Positions 29,201 to 42,400 of a stretch of 64,000 nucleotides of DNA are shown piece after piece. This DNA comes from Phoronis australis (Eukaryota > Animalia > Phoronida). The position numbers were made by a program, and so were the translations under genes. The notes under the pieces were generated by a model. It was not told the DNA's origin. It did no database searches and worked only from the letters and a program-made list of their open reading frames with translations. The DNA is taken from the NCBI GenBank assembly GCA_002633005.1, contig NMRA01000740.1, positions 99,673-163,672 of the forward strand. The letters are read 5' to 3'. Each line of letters opens with the position of its first letter. The stretch's first letter is position 1.

Positions 29201-31112
29201 CGACTTTCATGAAGGTTAACATCTTGTTTGTATTATGTGCCAAATTTTAAGGTATTTATAATTATGACATGACCTCTGATACTTCTGTCCTCTGATTGGT
29301 TGAAACGTGATACAAATTAGGATATAGTCCAATGCTGACCAACTTGATGTAGAAAGTTACTTTTCAGTCATGCCATCTAGACGTCAGATGTCGCTATTCA
29401 TGATCTTATCAGACACTGTAGAAACTATTAACCCTGATCACGAAGTGCGCAAATGTCAACGCATCGGTGTAGGTAATCACAAGGTTATCTAATAAGAGAC
29501 AAAAAAACATAAGAAACATTATCATAGGTCGTGTAACAACAAATATAGGGCAATCTCTTGGGCGTATCAGAGAATTTTGACAGAGAGCAGTTTTACCTCC
29601 AGCCTCGTGCAATATTGCCTCCAGCCTTGTGCAATATTGCCTCCAGTCTCGTGTAGTATTGCTCTACCTCTGTCCACATGACTTGGTATCACCCTCGGGA
29701 TCAGTTTATACTTTTGTTTTCATGAATCAAATATATGGTAAAGATATCTTAATTATGGACTCAATGTGTTATAGTAGTCAAATTTCCCAACAAATTAAAA
29801 ACTTACTTCATCCTCTGCGCTTCGTGTAGCGTGCAGCTGTCATCAGATGGTTGGCACATATTTCAGCATAGGAATCGAGTAAAAATGAAGAGTAACCATC
29901 TATCAACTATTGGTCTGAAATTGACAAGTCTTCACCATATACTAGTCAGTCTTCAAGTTTTTGTCAATGTTTACTCAAATTTTATGATTTTTTTCTGTGA
30001 ATTCACAGTATACATTGAAGCTTTATTGTATTTGAAATTCATGACTCGAGAATTGATTAGTATTGTTAAGTGTGATGGCCTTATTTTGTGTGTAGTGTTG
30101 TATTGTGAACATTATGATAAGACATCTTGTACTCAATTATTTCAACTATCCATTGTGGAGTTCATGAAATGAATTCAGCTTTGTATCGTCTATAAGTAAG
30201 CATATTTTGTACTTGCGATTCTACATGAACTGAGACATTAATAAAGGGTTCTCGGGCTTGACATATCTTTCCCGATCCGGAGTTATTATTTTATATGACT
30301 GGCAGACATGCTAATTACAACGGAAGTTTTGAAAGTCACAATCATTCAATTTTGTGCTCCTTGTACATTTGAAATGTTTCTAAAAATAAAATCTTCATAA
30401 TCGCATTGTCGCTGTTGTCTCTAAAACCTGATAACTCATTTGTAATTCAAAGTAAAGATTACACTTTTTTATTGTTAATGATTAATAATGTTAATATCAA
30501 ATTGTAACAGTTAGAAAGCGAACTCATTGTAACATTTGATTGCAGAGCCGCATGAGCCTCACAAAACATGGAGTAACTTTATCAAGAAAGTCTTACACTA
30601 AAACACATGTACAATGATTTACACAGATCTGCTAGCTGAGTGACCAGGATTGCAGAAGTGGAGGTGCCTGGGCTTACATCAACAACTAAATGAAAATGCT
30701 TTGCTCCTCACGCGTTAAGTTCGTGATAATCTCAAACATTTTAATTCATAACACTGTCCTGACCAAATACATGTAAGCTATATGTCATAGAAGGCCTAAG
30801 CATTGATATAAACCTACTCGGGTTTCATAATTAAACACCTGTAGGATACCATGACTGTCTTCAGAAATGTTAGGTAAGCTAATAGGTTTCAGAATTAATA
30901 CTAAAATTCTTGTACCCAGGAACAAAACCACTTTTTTACCAAAATAAAGGTCTGTTTTGAAAGTTTGTCATTTCTAAAAAAAGAGTCTGCAGAAACATAC
31001 GATGTGTACGAACGTCCACGTTGCCAGCAGATGAGGCTTCACTTGTTTGTCACTTGACAAGTAACGCGCCTCTTTTCAGAATACTTGCATGGTAGACATG
31101 AGTGAGCTGCAG

Positions 31113-34100
31113 TCACTCGTCTCCAGTTACACTATCAATCAGACCAATACTGCGCCAAGGACTTGTCTGCTGCAAATGTAAAAGCATTGATTTGTTGCTT
31201 CACAATAGTTTGTTATGATGCCTAAGGTTAGTTTTGGGATTGTGGTGGAAAAAAATAAAACAAACTAAAAAAATTCACCAATTTGGGACAAAACTAATTG
31301 CCATATTTGACCTTTTTTCATTTTACATGGTGGCAAGTGTAAACTAAAGTTTTCGAAATTTTGTGTGGTGGTGGATATCATATGAAATTTGAACAAAATA
31401 AACTATTAATGTGGTGGAAAAATATTTTCTATGAAAAGAATGAGAAAACTAAATTTCAGCTGTTGGCCATATTGTGTAGTTCTACTAAAAATTGGTGAGA
31501 TTTTGCTGTAATTTATTTTTAGACAATATTTTTACTGCCACTAGATGGCACGTTATGTTTCATGATACACAGTGGTTGGCAATGCGGCATTACTAATATC
31601 GTCTATAAATTTGGCTCGTTGAAAATGACACCATTTACACTATTTTCACAAATTGAGAATGAAGAAAGATTTTCATCAATCAAGACATCAGTAAGTAAAT
31701 AGGAACGTTTCATAAATTTTTGTTTTTACTGACAATTCAAAAAAGGAAGTCTAATGCCATTCGACTGTGGCAGCCATTTTGTTAGAGCACTACCAAAAAT
31801 TACTTTGAAGATTACATAGTTCAGGTTATTTTGAAAGCACTTGATTACGTGTTGAAAGAGCATATTGTAACTTGGGAATAAGTTTAAAACTAGATTGATT
31901 TGAGGTCTAAGTTTTTTCACTCGAAAGTGAAAGTATCTTTTAAAGGTCACTTGACATTTTTGCATTTGCTATTTACAACTTAAAATACCACACAGCGCTA
32001 GGTGAAGCCAAAACCACAAACTTTCAACTGGTGAATCGTGCAATGGAGTATCTTCCAATCACAGCAATTATACAAGTGAACTTCATTGGGTCACGCCGGG
32101 TTACCACTACACATGCGCGCCCCAGCGGGGGGGCTCAGAGAAACAAAAAGTCCCAGAAAACGAGACAAAGTCCACCAAAAAGGCGCAGACACACAGTTCA
32201 CAAGATGGTACCCCGTTTTTTTAGTCCTGATGCCTTTTTCGTCAACAAAAGGTACACATCATCAAAAATTCGAGCCCCCCCCCCACCCCAGGTGCATGCA
32301 TGCTACAGAGGCAACTCGCTATAGGGTTCCCACAAAACGTGCCTAAACAATGGTTTACATAAGACAAATTTCACAAAAAAAAACACTTCAGACACATGAA
32401 CAGAACCACCAAAAACAAAATTAAAATAAGAGTTAATTATCTTTAATAATGATTGAACCTAGACATCGTACCAGTAAAGACTGTTGTGAGTCCTCGCTCT
32501 CTGTTATCTCCAGTAGTTGTGAAGGTACTACGTGGTCATTGTTACCCTCTATGGACGTGTTGTGGACAGTGGCCACTCTGGCCTTGGTGAGGGACGCTTG
32601 CGACAGCTATAAAATTAATGTAACAACCATTACAGGAATTGACCACTGAATCTGCTCCTTCATTTATTTTTGCAACAATAGTTAATAAGGGAAACAGTAA
32701 TTTACATTTCATCAGATGACTGTTTTTTTTGTTAAAACACCTAATTAGAATTGTTTCTTGGGTTTTGTATATAAAATTAATTCATGTTAGGTGTAACACC
32801 TATCAATGATATTGATCTGCCTAGTTGTAATCTGTCACAAAAATAAGAGGGTATTATATCATCTCAAGTCCTTGCAATACTCCAGATATTTTAAATTAAT
32901 GCAAAAAAGGAAAAACTATTAAGAAGGTCACGCTTGAATGATGCTTGTCAGAGTGCATGGAATGTGCTGGGAGAGGGGCTTCAAGGGTGAGATTGCTTGA
33001 ATTTTTTTGGACACAACTTATTAATTGCATGTACATTACACCCCACTCACCCAAGTCACCAGCAGACAGCTCCATCATTACCACCCTTTGTGTTTCCAGT
33101 GCAATAAACCTAATCTGTTTGAAGTAATTACAAGCCCAGTAGGTACTACCTAACAAAGGTTTATGTATACTCATGGGGCATGTCTTTAAGAAATAAAGCT
33201 TGACTTGCTGCTTGGCTTGGGTAAAGCTCCTCGCCGCCTAAGGCTAGTCTTGGTGTGGCAATCTGTACATGTTACAGTCACTCATGGCATGAAGAACATT
33301 TTGTTTCCGTTTAAATTTGTTAATTAGATGACACTTTAGAATTGTACGTCAGGTGCTGCTGCATGTAATTAATACATTAATCCTGTTACCATTGGTGAAT
33401 CGTCTGTACACATAGGACCTTTCTCATCATCAGGAATCCATGAAGAGGTCTCTTGACTACCACCTGTTTGCACCTGGTGATGAATAAGTATATATGACAG
33501 TGCACGGGTATATGAAAACAAACTGCTTTATTTGGTTTTACTTCAGTTAAGAATTTGCTGACAGTGGGGCAATCCTACAGGTGTCCTATTCAGTTCCACC
33601 TGGCCTAGACTCCACAAAGCCTGTTCTCCTACTTTTAATACAGAAAAATCAAGTCAATCATATTGTGGATTAGGCACCACATATTTCAAAATAACTTATG
33701 ACAGCTAATGGTAAAAAGTCTGCCAACAAGCTGTTAAGGTCAAACTTTGGACTGACTGTGACCTCATTGCAATTCATTTTAACTAAGAATACTGAATCAC
33801 ATTTCACAGTCCAAGAAGAAACATATTGCGTGGCTATATAACTTATAGCAAACTGCAGGATTTTGTGATGCATTTCAGGTTTTGTCTACTAGCTGAACGC
33901 TCCCTCTAAACATGTCACTCACCTGCACATACTTAGCCAAGTATTGTCTGATGTCAAGTGACTGCTCACGCTCTTCACTGTTGCTTGGCAACAAACCCAA
34001 CCCATCAGATCCTTGATCAGTTTCCTCTATCGGTTCCTGCTTGATGACAATGCCACCTGTTGCCTCCTGGTCCCCCTGCAGAAGTCCTTGTATGGCCTCC

Positions 34101-36381
34101 AGTGCATAAGGACGTGTGTCTGCAATAGATGAGAACTGAACCATGTCTGGAAGTTGGTACTAGGTAAAGATGCTTCTTAACACTAGAATTTCCAGAATAG
34201 TCAGACACTACCAAGCTGATGTACAATAAAATGGAGTGTGTAAGAAGACTGACAAGTATCATGGCATGAAATGAATTAATTAGCATCTATGTGAATTCGT
34301 ACCTACGTTTACATAAAACGCATTATTCACACAGTTTATTCAGGTTAAATGTCCATAAATCTGGTCCAACTCACCTTTCAAAATTATTATCAGTAGTTTT
34401 GGTTCAATCAGTCATGGGAGAATAAATATTTCAAATGCTTGCAATTTGTAACCAAGTATTGAACAATATCTTGTCAAATTTCTCGAGAACTAGAAATTGT
34501 ACCCCTACACATTAGCAGAAGATACGCCAGCCAAGAACCATTTTATCTAAAATCCACCAGTGATGCAGTACCTTCTTCGGATAGAAACGTCTCATCAATA
34601 GGAGACAGGCATACATCTTTTAAGTCATCACTCAGTCCATCACTGCTTTGGGAGCTTTCCACCAGTGCCATTGTAACCATGGTTTTCCTCTGATCGACAG
34701 GTAAGTCCTCCCACATCTCCTTGATCACTGTGGTAACCTTGGGGTCATCCATGTCAGCCTCAGACAGGTATTGCCTCAACTGATTGGCCACTTGACGATA
34801 GAAGTAATAGTACCTGAATGCATGAGAAATATTAACTGAATTATCCAATTTAACAGCATTTCATAAAACATTGTGCATTAAGTACTAGATGCCTTGCTCG
34901 TTATTTACTGGACAGGTGTCACTCAGCCACTATTTAATGCACAGTGGGAAATCATAAACACAAGGGTAGCAAAATAACATTTATTTTAATTTTCAGAAAA
35001 AAATATGGAAATTAGCAAATCTGTGTGTTACAGGTTCACGATTTACTGTAAATAATAAGACCGGCAAGTGCAGTTTACTTTCAGTGTCGGGACGTCATTT
35101 TTCTGTAGGGGGAAGTGTGTAATGCGAGTCATTATTCACATTATGATCTTCCTTGTGAAGATATTTGTTGGCTATAGTCATTGATAGGCAAATGCATGCG
35201 GGTTCTCTGGAGATCTTGTGGTTTGATTCAGTGTTTTATTAGAGTTTGTGAAGTTTGGCTGTGTGGTTGATATGTCGTACAATATATGATTAAACTGCAG
35301 TCGCTGCTCTTGTAAGTGAACCCGTGACACATTGCTTAGCATGCGTTGCATTCAAAGAAAAGATACTAATACAACTTAAGTCGCAGTTTCTCTCTACAAG
35401 AGAGCAATTCAATATGAAAAATCTCATCACGGAGTCAGGTTTATCATATATAAAAGAGCATAACATAAATTTATCCTAATATTTCATAGTCAATTTTACC
35501 CATCAAAATGCTTGTCATCCGAGTGGCTTACGTCAGCAAGTGGAGGTAAGTGGTCACTAACAATGTCACGGTCTGGGTAACTTCTGTAACAACAACTATT
35601 ACATTTGGAAGATTTGAAAAACACCAGTACAACGGACTATTGCAGAAATAGTGCAAGAAGAGGTTATCAGATGCATTTGCCAACTCACTGTTCTGTAAAA
35701 TAGAAAAATTAACTTCCCTATTATAAAGGTTGTATTAGATATTATGTCTTTTCTCTCAGAGCTCCTGCATGGTAAGATTGAGATACAACGAGGTTAGGGA
35801 CAGTACTGCTTGCATGACCTATAATATCCCACTCACTCATTAGTGCATTCTAATGTTTAGTCCAACAAGATGAAGGAACAGCACCGCATGCATGCACCAT
35901 GGGTGTGGCCATGGGCTGCTCAGCACAACTTGTTCACGCACGGTGTTGCTTTTCTTGCGCAAGTAGCTGCATCACGGAAAATTATCCTTACTCAATTTCA
36001 GAAGCCAAACAATTGGAAAAATCACAGGCTATTTTAGCCTGACTGTTTTATTGCTGTGAAATTAAGCCATCAGTAACGCAATGATAGCTTTACTTCACAC
36101 ACTTAAGGACTTCGGATATTTAGAAACCCCGATAAACAGGCCTCTTTACGAAAGCACAAATTAGCTGGTACACCCTTTTAAAATGCTCAATACATTAACC
36201 TCTGTGTTGTACTAATCTGAGGAACAATTGTAATATTCAAGAATAGTAATATTACTAAGTGATATAGTAACAGACCTAGGAACACACACTAATCACTAAA
36301 GCCTCACACATTTCACACTATACACCCACCTCTCCAGTTTCCGTCTACATCTAGATATTCCTTTACTGAACATCCCAGATG

Positions 36382-36439
<58 letters not shown>

Positions 36440-39400
36440 GATGATGACGGCCTTCTTACGAGCACCACTTGATACTTTACGACTGAAAGGAAAATTTGAC
36501 GAACTTAGTGGAATTTAAGGTAAGCATTTACCTAAGAAAACTAATGAGAATTGTGGTTTTCACATACAAAATTGATGTAGCTTTAACACCATAAGATAAA
36601 TACATTTTAGATTAACAATAACATCATCAATTTTTGAGGTCTGTCTCAAACATACATATGAAATAAAATAAAATAATTTTTTGTCATGTTGCTAACACCA
36701 TTAATTTGCTATCCAAAGTGCACCTTTCTTTTTTTGCTAAGTTTTACTAAAAGACGTGGTCATTTGACCCAAATAATGGCAGACTGGAAAAAGTAAACAA
36801 AATCTACAGCTTTCAACTTAAAAAATTTTACTCGGATAAAATGTATAGTTTTGTAGATATTTGGCAAAATAGTTGTCACTAAGATTCTAGGTAAAACATT
36901 TTAGAACATTTTACAAATAAATCCTAAGAGCATTTTGGACAACACTGCATAAAGCAGTAATATGTGAAAGTTTTGCATGTGATTTTTTGAAGTTAGCCAA
37001 ATTTAAACATTTTTTAAGACGTGTGAATTTGGGTGGCAGACATTGCAAAGTGCAGTTATTTTTATGAAATATAAAGTTAGAATCTTTAAATAATATGGAG
37101 CGGAGCTTCTTTCATGCCCCACACATTATGCACCTTGGCACACACAGGTAATTCAAAACTGGTTATACAATCACCATATTTCCTCATCTTCATCGCTTAG
37201 GTCCAAGTGTTCAAACGATTCCTTACACAACAGGCTGTCAACAGCAACATCATCATTACTGAAATCAGCCGTTTCCTAGGAAAAAAATCACTAATTAGTT
37301 TCATTTAAATAGTTCAATAAATTGTAGTGCCTGAGGAAAGTGTTTGTGATTCATTTAAATTTCATCGCCTCACTGCATATAAATATACAATATTTGGAAA
37401 TTCAAAGGTTTCTGAGTGTGTGTTCAGTTGCAGAAAGGATCATTAACCTTAAGTGCCATACACTGAGTGAAGTTAAGCAAGCACTAAAGTAGCACTTAGA
37501 GTTTGTGACTTAAAAAAATATGACAGCCCCAGAAATCACTTTCACATTATATCCAGGTTGTCATTCACTGACCCTTGCATACATACACTCAAAGAACGAG
37601 CTCTGAGGGACTGAATGACAACTGCTTCAGCTCATTTTATGCAGCGAACATTTTTGTGTTCAAGTGCATCATGCACTCAACAAATCACTCATTAATATAT
37701 TTCTGTTGTCAACAAAACCACTAAAATTGTTACAAAAATTACTGACGTGGCTAAGTGTCATTTTTTTGTACATTTCTGGCATCACAATATGGGCAGTGGA
37801 TGGACTTAATGGAGTGACATGGTAGTGAGGGAAGTCTAGGTGAAGGTGAGCAACTAGTCATTGGTGATTCTACATAAACTACCTTTCTTATGATACATCT
37901 GGTTTTCTTGTTTAGATATATAGTAAAAAACGATCGAAACAGAATTTCCACATTTTCATTGCTGTTCTCATTAAAACAGCATCATTGTGCTGTTCATTTT
38001 TAGGGCAAAACCATGAACAAAAATACATACGGGGGGTACTTTTAGTTCAACACACTAGCTCCTGTCCATGTGAAATTGAAGGTTCTTAATCAGACCCATT
38101 TTAATATTCAGCAGTAATGACTTTTACTTCTTACTAACATCATTTTATTTTGTTGCAGAATTCAATCACCAACAGGTTTTATTTTATTTTATTGATATAT
38201 AAATAAAATACAAAATCCAGTTCAGTACCTTACATTTCCTCTAGAGTGGCATGTCAAATACCTTTAGTTTTATCATAAAAGAGGTTCGTTTTGTCATGTG
38301 ACAAGTTACAAAGTTTTCCCCAACAGCAAAACTAAAAAAATGTTCCTTCTTTTTCTTGTTGGAGACAAATTGATTTTAAATTTAGCTTAGAAATCTTTGA
38401 GTAACCAGCAAGTACAATCTCTTGAGTGGGAAAATAACCGTACTCTCCTGCTGTCAACACTAACACAGGAGTCCGGCTCATTGACTGTAAACATCTGATC
38501 CACCCAGACTTCTCAAAATTACATTATGCCCATGTTCAGCCGTCCACCTCTGATTTTTGACTTAATCGACTTCAGCATTGCTGGAGTTAATCTGGACAAG
38601 TATATTATAAATAACTGCAGATGAAAACTTCATTTGAAAGAGGCAATAAAACATGAAACAAGTGGTTGCTCAACGGCACCTGAATACTTACTTCATTGGA
38701 CAAATCTTCAAATCGCGGAAACAATTTCCATGGACTGGATAATTTGATAGGAGTGAAACCACCACTCTGAAAAAAGTAAAAGCCTTGATTCTTCCCAGGC
38801 ACCACTGAAACAACTATTTCATCCATTTAGATGAATGATCTTTCACCAATGCAGTATGTCTGGCAAAACATTAGGACAGACTCAAATTATAGCACTCTCC
38901 AAATCATTACATACAGTGTGATGTGCAGTGGCTTACAAACTATTTCATGAGCACTTAGTCACCGTCAGTAATGATAACTATAGTGAGTTGTTCGGAGGGG
39001 AAAGTTAATCGCCCAAAATTGCACTTGCAATTATGACCAAGACTTCGCTCGTGTTTTAAAACCGAAATTGTTCACCCGTATTCATGACCGAGACTTCGCT
39101 CAAAACCATTGTATCCAATAAAAAATTGATTTATATGTCGCAAGCTCTGAAGCAGTAGTACGCTTGAACTTTATACTGTCTTGTATTTTTGTGCATGTTA
39201 TGAATTGCTCAGAAGATAAAATCTCAGGTGCAAAGTAAATAATTACAAAACATTGAAAAATATCAAAGACATATTTTTGACTTGCTGCCCAGTAGCCACA
39301 GCCATCCCAGGCATTTGAAAATGATCCGTTTCAGTACATACTGAGGTGCCAGAATGTATATCAATCAGGTTGTGGTGGAATCTACCGGGTAGTTTCATTC

Positions 39401-42400
39401 TCTTACTCTTGCGTGTATATAATATATGGCATTGCATAGAACATAGATATGAAACGGTTCTCTAGGGGGTAATGTAGTAGAATTTATAAACATTGGTGGT
39501 AAATCACTCATTGTTGTTTTGCTCACAATGTACCTTTTGTTTTATTGTACTAAATAGACATGGTTCCGTGACCCAATTGATGGCATACTGGTACAAAGTC
39601 AAAAATCGAATTCTTCAGACTTTCTGGTTTAAAGAAAATAATATGTGCCTCTAGAATGTCAAATTTTATAGTTATTTAGACATTCAGTTAAAAATAAAGC
39701 TGGCTTATTAAGTCTCACGTAAATTTAAAGTTATGTGAAATGTTATAGCCAAGTCCAGCAATCTATAAACCATTACTAAGACTCGGTAAAACTAAAAGTA
39801 GATATTTCTTCAAAATATAAAGTTTGGAAAATGTGATTTTCGACTTTACCAATATACAATTAAGTAACAGGTTCATGTGACCATATCTTTTAGTAAAATA
39901 ACACAAATAAAAAGTACATTATTTACAGCAAACCAATGGAATCAATTGTATAGATGAAAAATTTCTGAAAAAATGTTCAAGATGAAATCTAACAACCTTC
40001 GTTAAAATAAGTCTTCTAAATAATCATTTTATTTCGATTTTATAGGCCTAATAAATATTCTTCATAAAATCTCAAAAGCAATGTTATTTGATAGCCCTTA
40101 ATGCAAACATAAGCAATCTGAGAACAATTCCTGGCACAGATTTGAAGAACAGTGCATAAGCACAGTATCTGGAACTTTCGTTTGAACTTGACCGGCCATT
40201 TCCGGGCAATGTTGCAAAGTTAGCCACACTAAAATTTGAAATTTTTTGGGGTGCGTCTCACGTCACCCTTAGGCAACCCTTACCTTCCTTAGCAGGGTTC
40301 CATGTCTCGATTCATCTTATACAAGTGCTTAATTTTCGTCCATTAAACTATTCATATTCGAAACCCTTGCTCACAATTTTTTTTCATGCATATGAACATA
40401 ATGCTCGCACATTTGTAGCCAAGCGACTTATTTCAAAAACCTCTTTTCATGGAGTTGGATGTTACTCCAACCACCATGAAATTGTTGGCCCTTCATCATA
40501 ACAATGGGATAAAATTAAAGAATAAATAAAATACCAACTAATTATTACTAATTAATCTTCCAACAACAAAATGAAGCCTGACCTGTGACTTGGCTGGTGT
40601 AGAGAATTCCTTCATCCAATCATCAACAAATCCACTAGAACAGTCTTCCTCTCGAACGGCATATTCAGTGTGATCGCCTGGCGGTACGCCCGTATTGCAT
40701 AGCTTGACTGACTGAATAAAAAGTTGGCACTCCTCATTGGTTGCTAGTCATCGCATTCACATTCAGTTGTTCTAAGCGTGAATCAGCAAAATAGGGGAAG
40801 ACGTCGTTTGCAGCAAATCTACCGTCCATTTGTCACATTAACTTTCTCACTTTTTCCTTTTCAGTGAATGTATTAGTCGATGAATCAATAAGTATAGAAG
40901 CTGTTAAACAATTCCATTGTTAAAAATTTCTCTAAGTAAACTTTGAAATATTTATTTTTTAAAAAATTTGTACCAAAGCAGAGATAGTGTGCCCCACGTC
41001 AATGGTGCAAAAGTAATTTTACTGACACACTATGATTGCTTAGCACGGGACAATGGCCTCATTAAAACTGAAAGCAAGAACGAAAAAACTATCATGGCCC
41101 ATAGGTCCTCCATTAACTGGCACGAGTCCGTGTGAGTCAATTCATACATGCTCACATTTTTTTCTAAAACAAAGTAACCAGCTCATACGTATACTGTATG
41201 TTGTATCACGGCTGGGTATGATTTGTTCAATCATGATGCCAGTCAGTGCAGATTCAAACCAAAAAACATTATCCACAAGGTTTTATCGCTTTGATGGTTA
41301 GATAATAGACTCCACAGAGCTAATTGAATTTATCTCTAATTTCACCTTTTGTAGAGCTGATTAATGCAAGAAAACTACTGTTGATGGGTGAAAACAAAAT
41401 TTATTCACTAATCGAAAGCTGATTACTACAATAACTATATCTAAAACACATGCTACAAGTCAAAAAACATAATGATTAATCTACCTTATCTCACTATGAA
41501 CAAGCTCTTGATTCACGTAAACAGATGAATAATAATTATACCTCCTCACAAGTTGTGCATGTTTCAAAGGCTTGCGGCTGCGAAGAGACAGACTCATCAG
41601 CAGAGTTTCCCCCTACAACTGTCTCTACTTTGAAGGGAAAGGCCTGAACTGTTGAAGAGTCACTCAACACATACTGTCTACCATCAGCTGGCACGTTGTA
41701 GTAGCCCCATCCCTCATTATCGACATAAACTGGTTCAACTGCAGTAGAAACAAGCGGGCCGCAGATGTACGTCTTTCTGGCTTTTCTTATCTCTTGGGAG
41801 CTAGATTTAGTCCGGCCTTGTAACTTACTGCAAGCATACAAAAAGTTATAAACAGTACTTTGGAATTAGTTGGAGGTTTCAGTTTAGGATTTGAAACATG
41901 GATATATTTCATAACAGAACTTGTATGCCTTCACTTATCATGATCAGTGAATATCTGTTAGTAAAGCCCAGGTGGTTCAGTATTCAAAGCCAGCCTCTGT
42001 TACAGCTGACAACATCTGCTGGGCTATTGTGTTCTGGTCATAACAGGGTGATATCTGATGTTATCATGCAGGCTTGGGTAGACCTGATAATTGGATTACA
42101 TAATCAGAATATATTTCAGTACTCATCATTGGTTGAGGAAATGAACAGGTTCTGCAATGAAAGAACTCAGTAAGTGATGTTTCTTATTCCAATGCATCGA
42201 GAGACCACTGACCAGCATATTTTCATGAATGAAAGAACTATTTTTCACATTCAGGAGAATTTAGTATGTAACCATGGAAAAATGTCAGTGGTGGTGCATC
42301 TCATTTGCGTATCTTTGGTGATGCAAGATTCATGACTGCAATGCATGCACAGACTAAAAATGACATGAAAATATCAAGCCACTGCTTAAAAGCCTTAAAG

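Noticed and set aside
29258-29756. Non-autonomous Crypton-like element (weak terminal inverted match, TCTGATTGGTTGAA motif, 22-bp x3 repeat)
   Set aside because: Ends are too degenerate and there is no alignable second copy in the window.
37740-39440. Extra STRA8-like exons suggested by ORFs 37751-37951 and 39243-39437 and by ~35532-35583
   Set aside because: Weak splice sites, in-frame stops or incompatible phases; the model closes in frame without them. Alternative use cannot be excluded.
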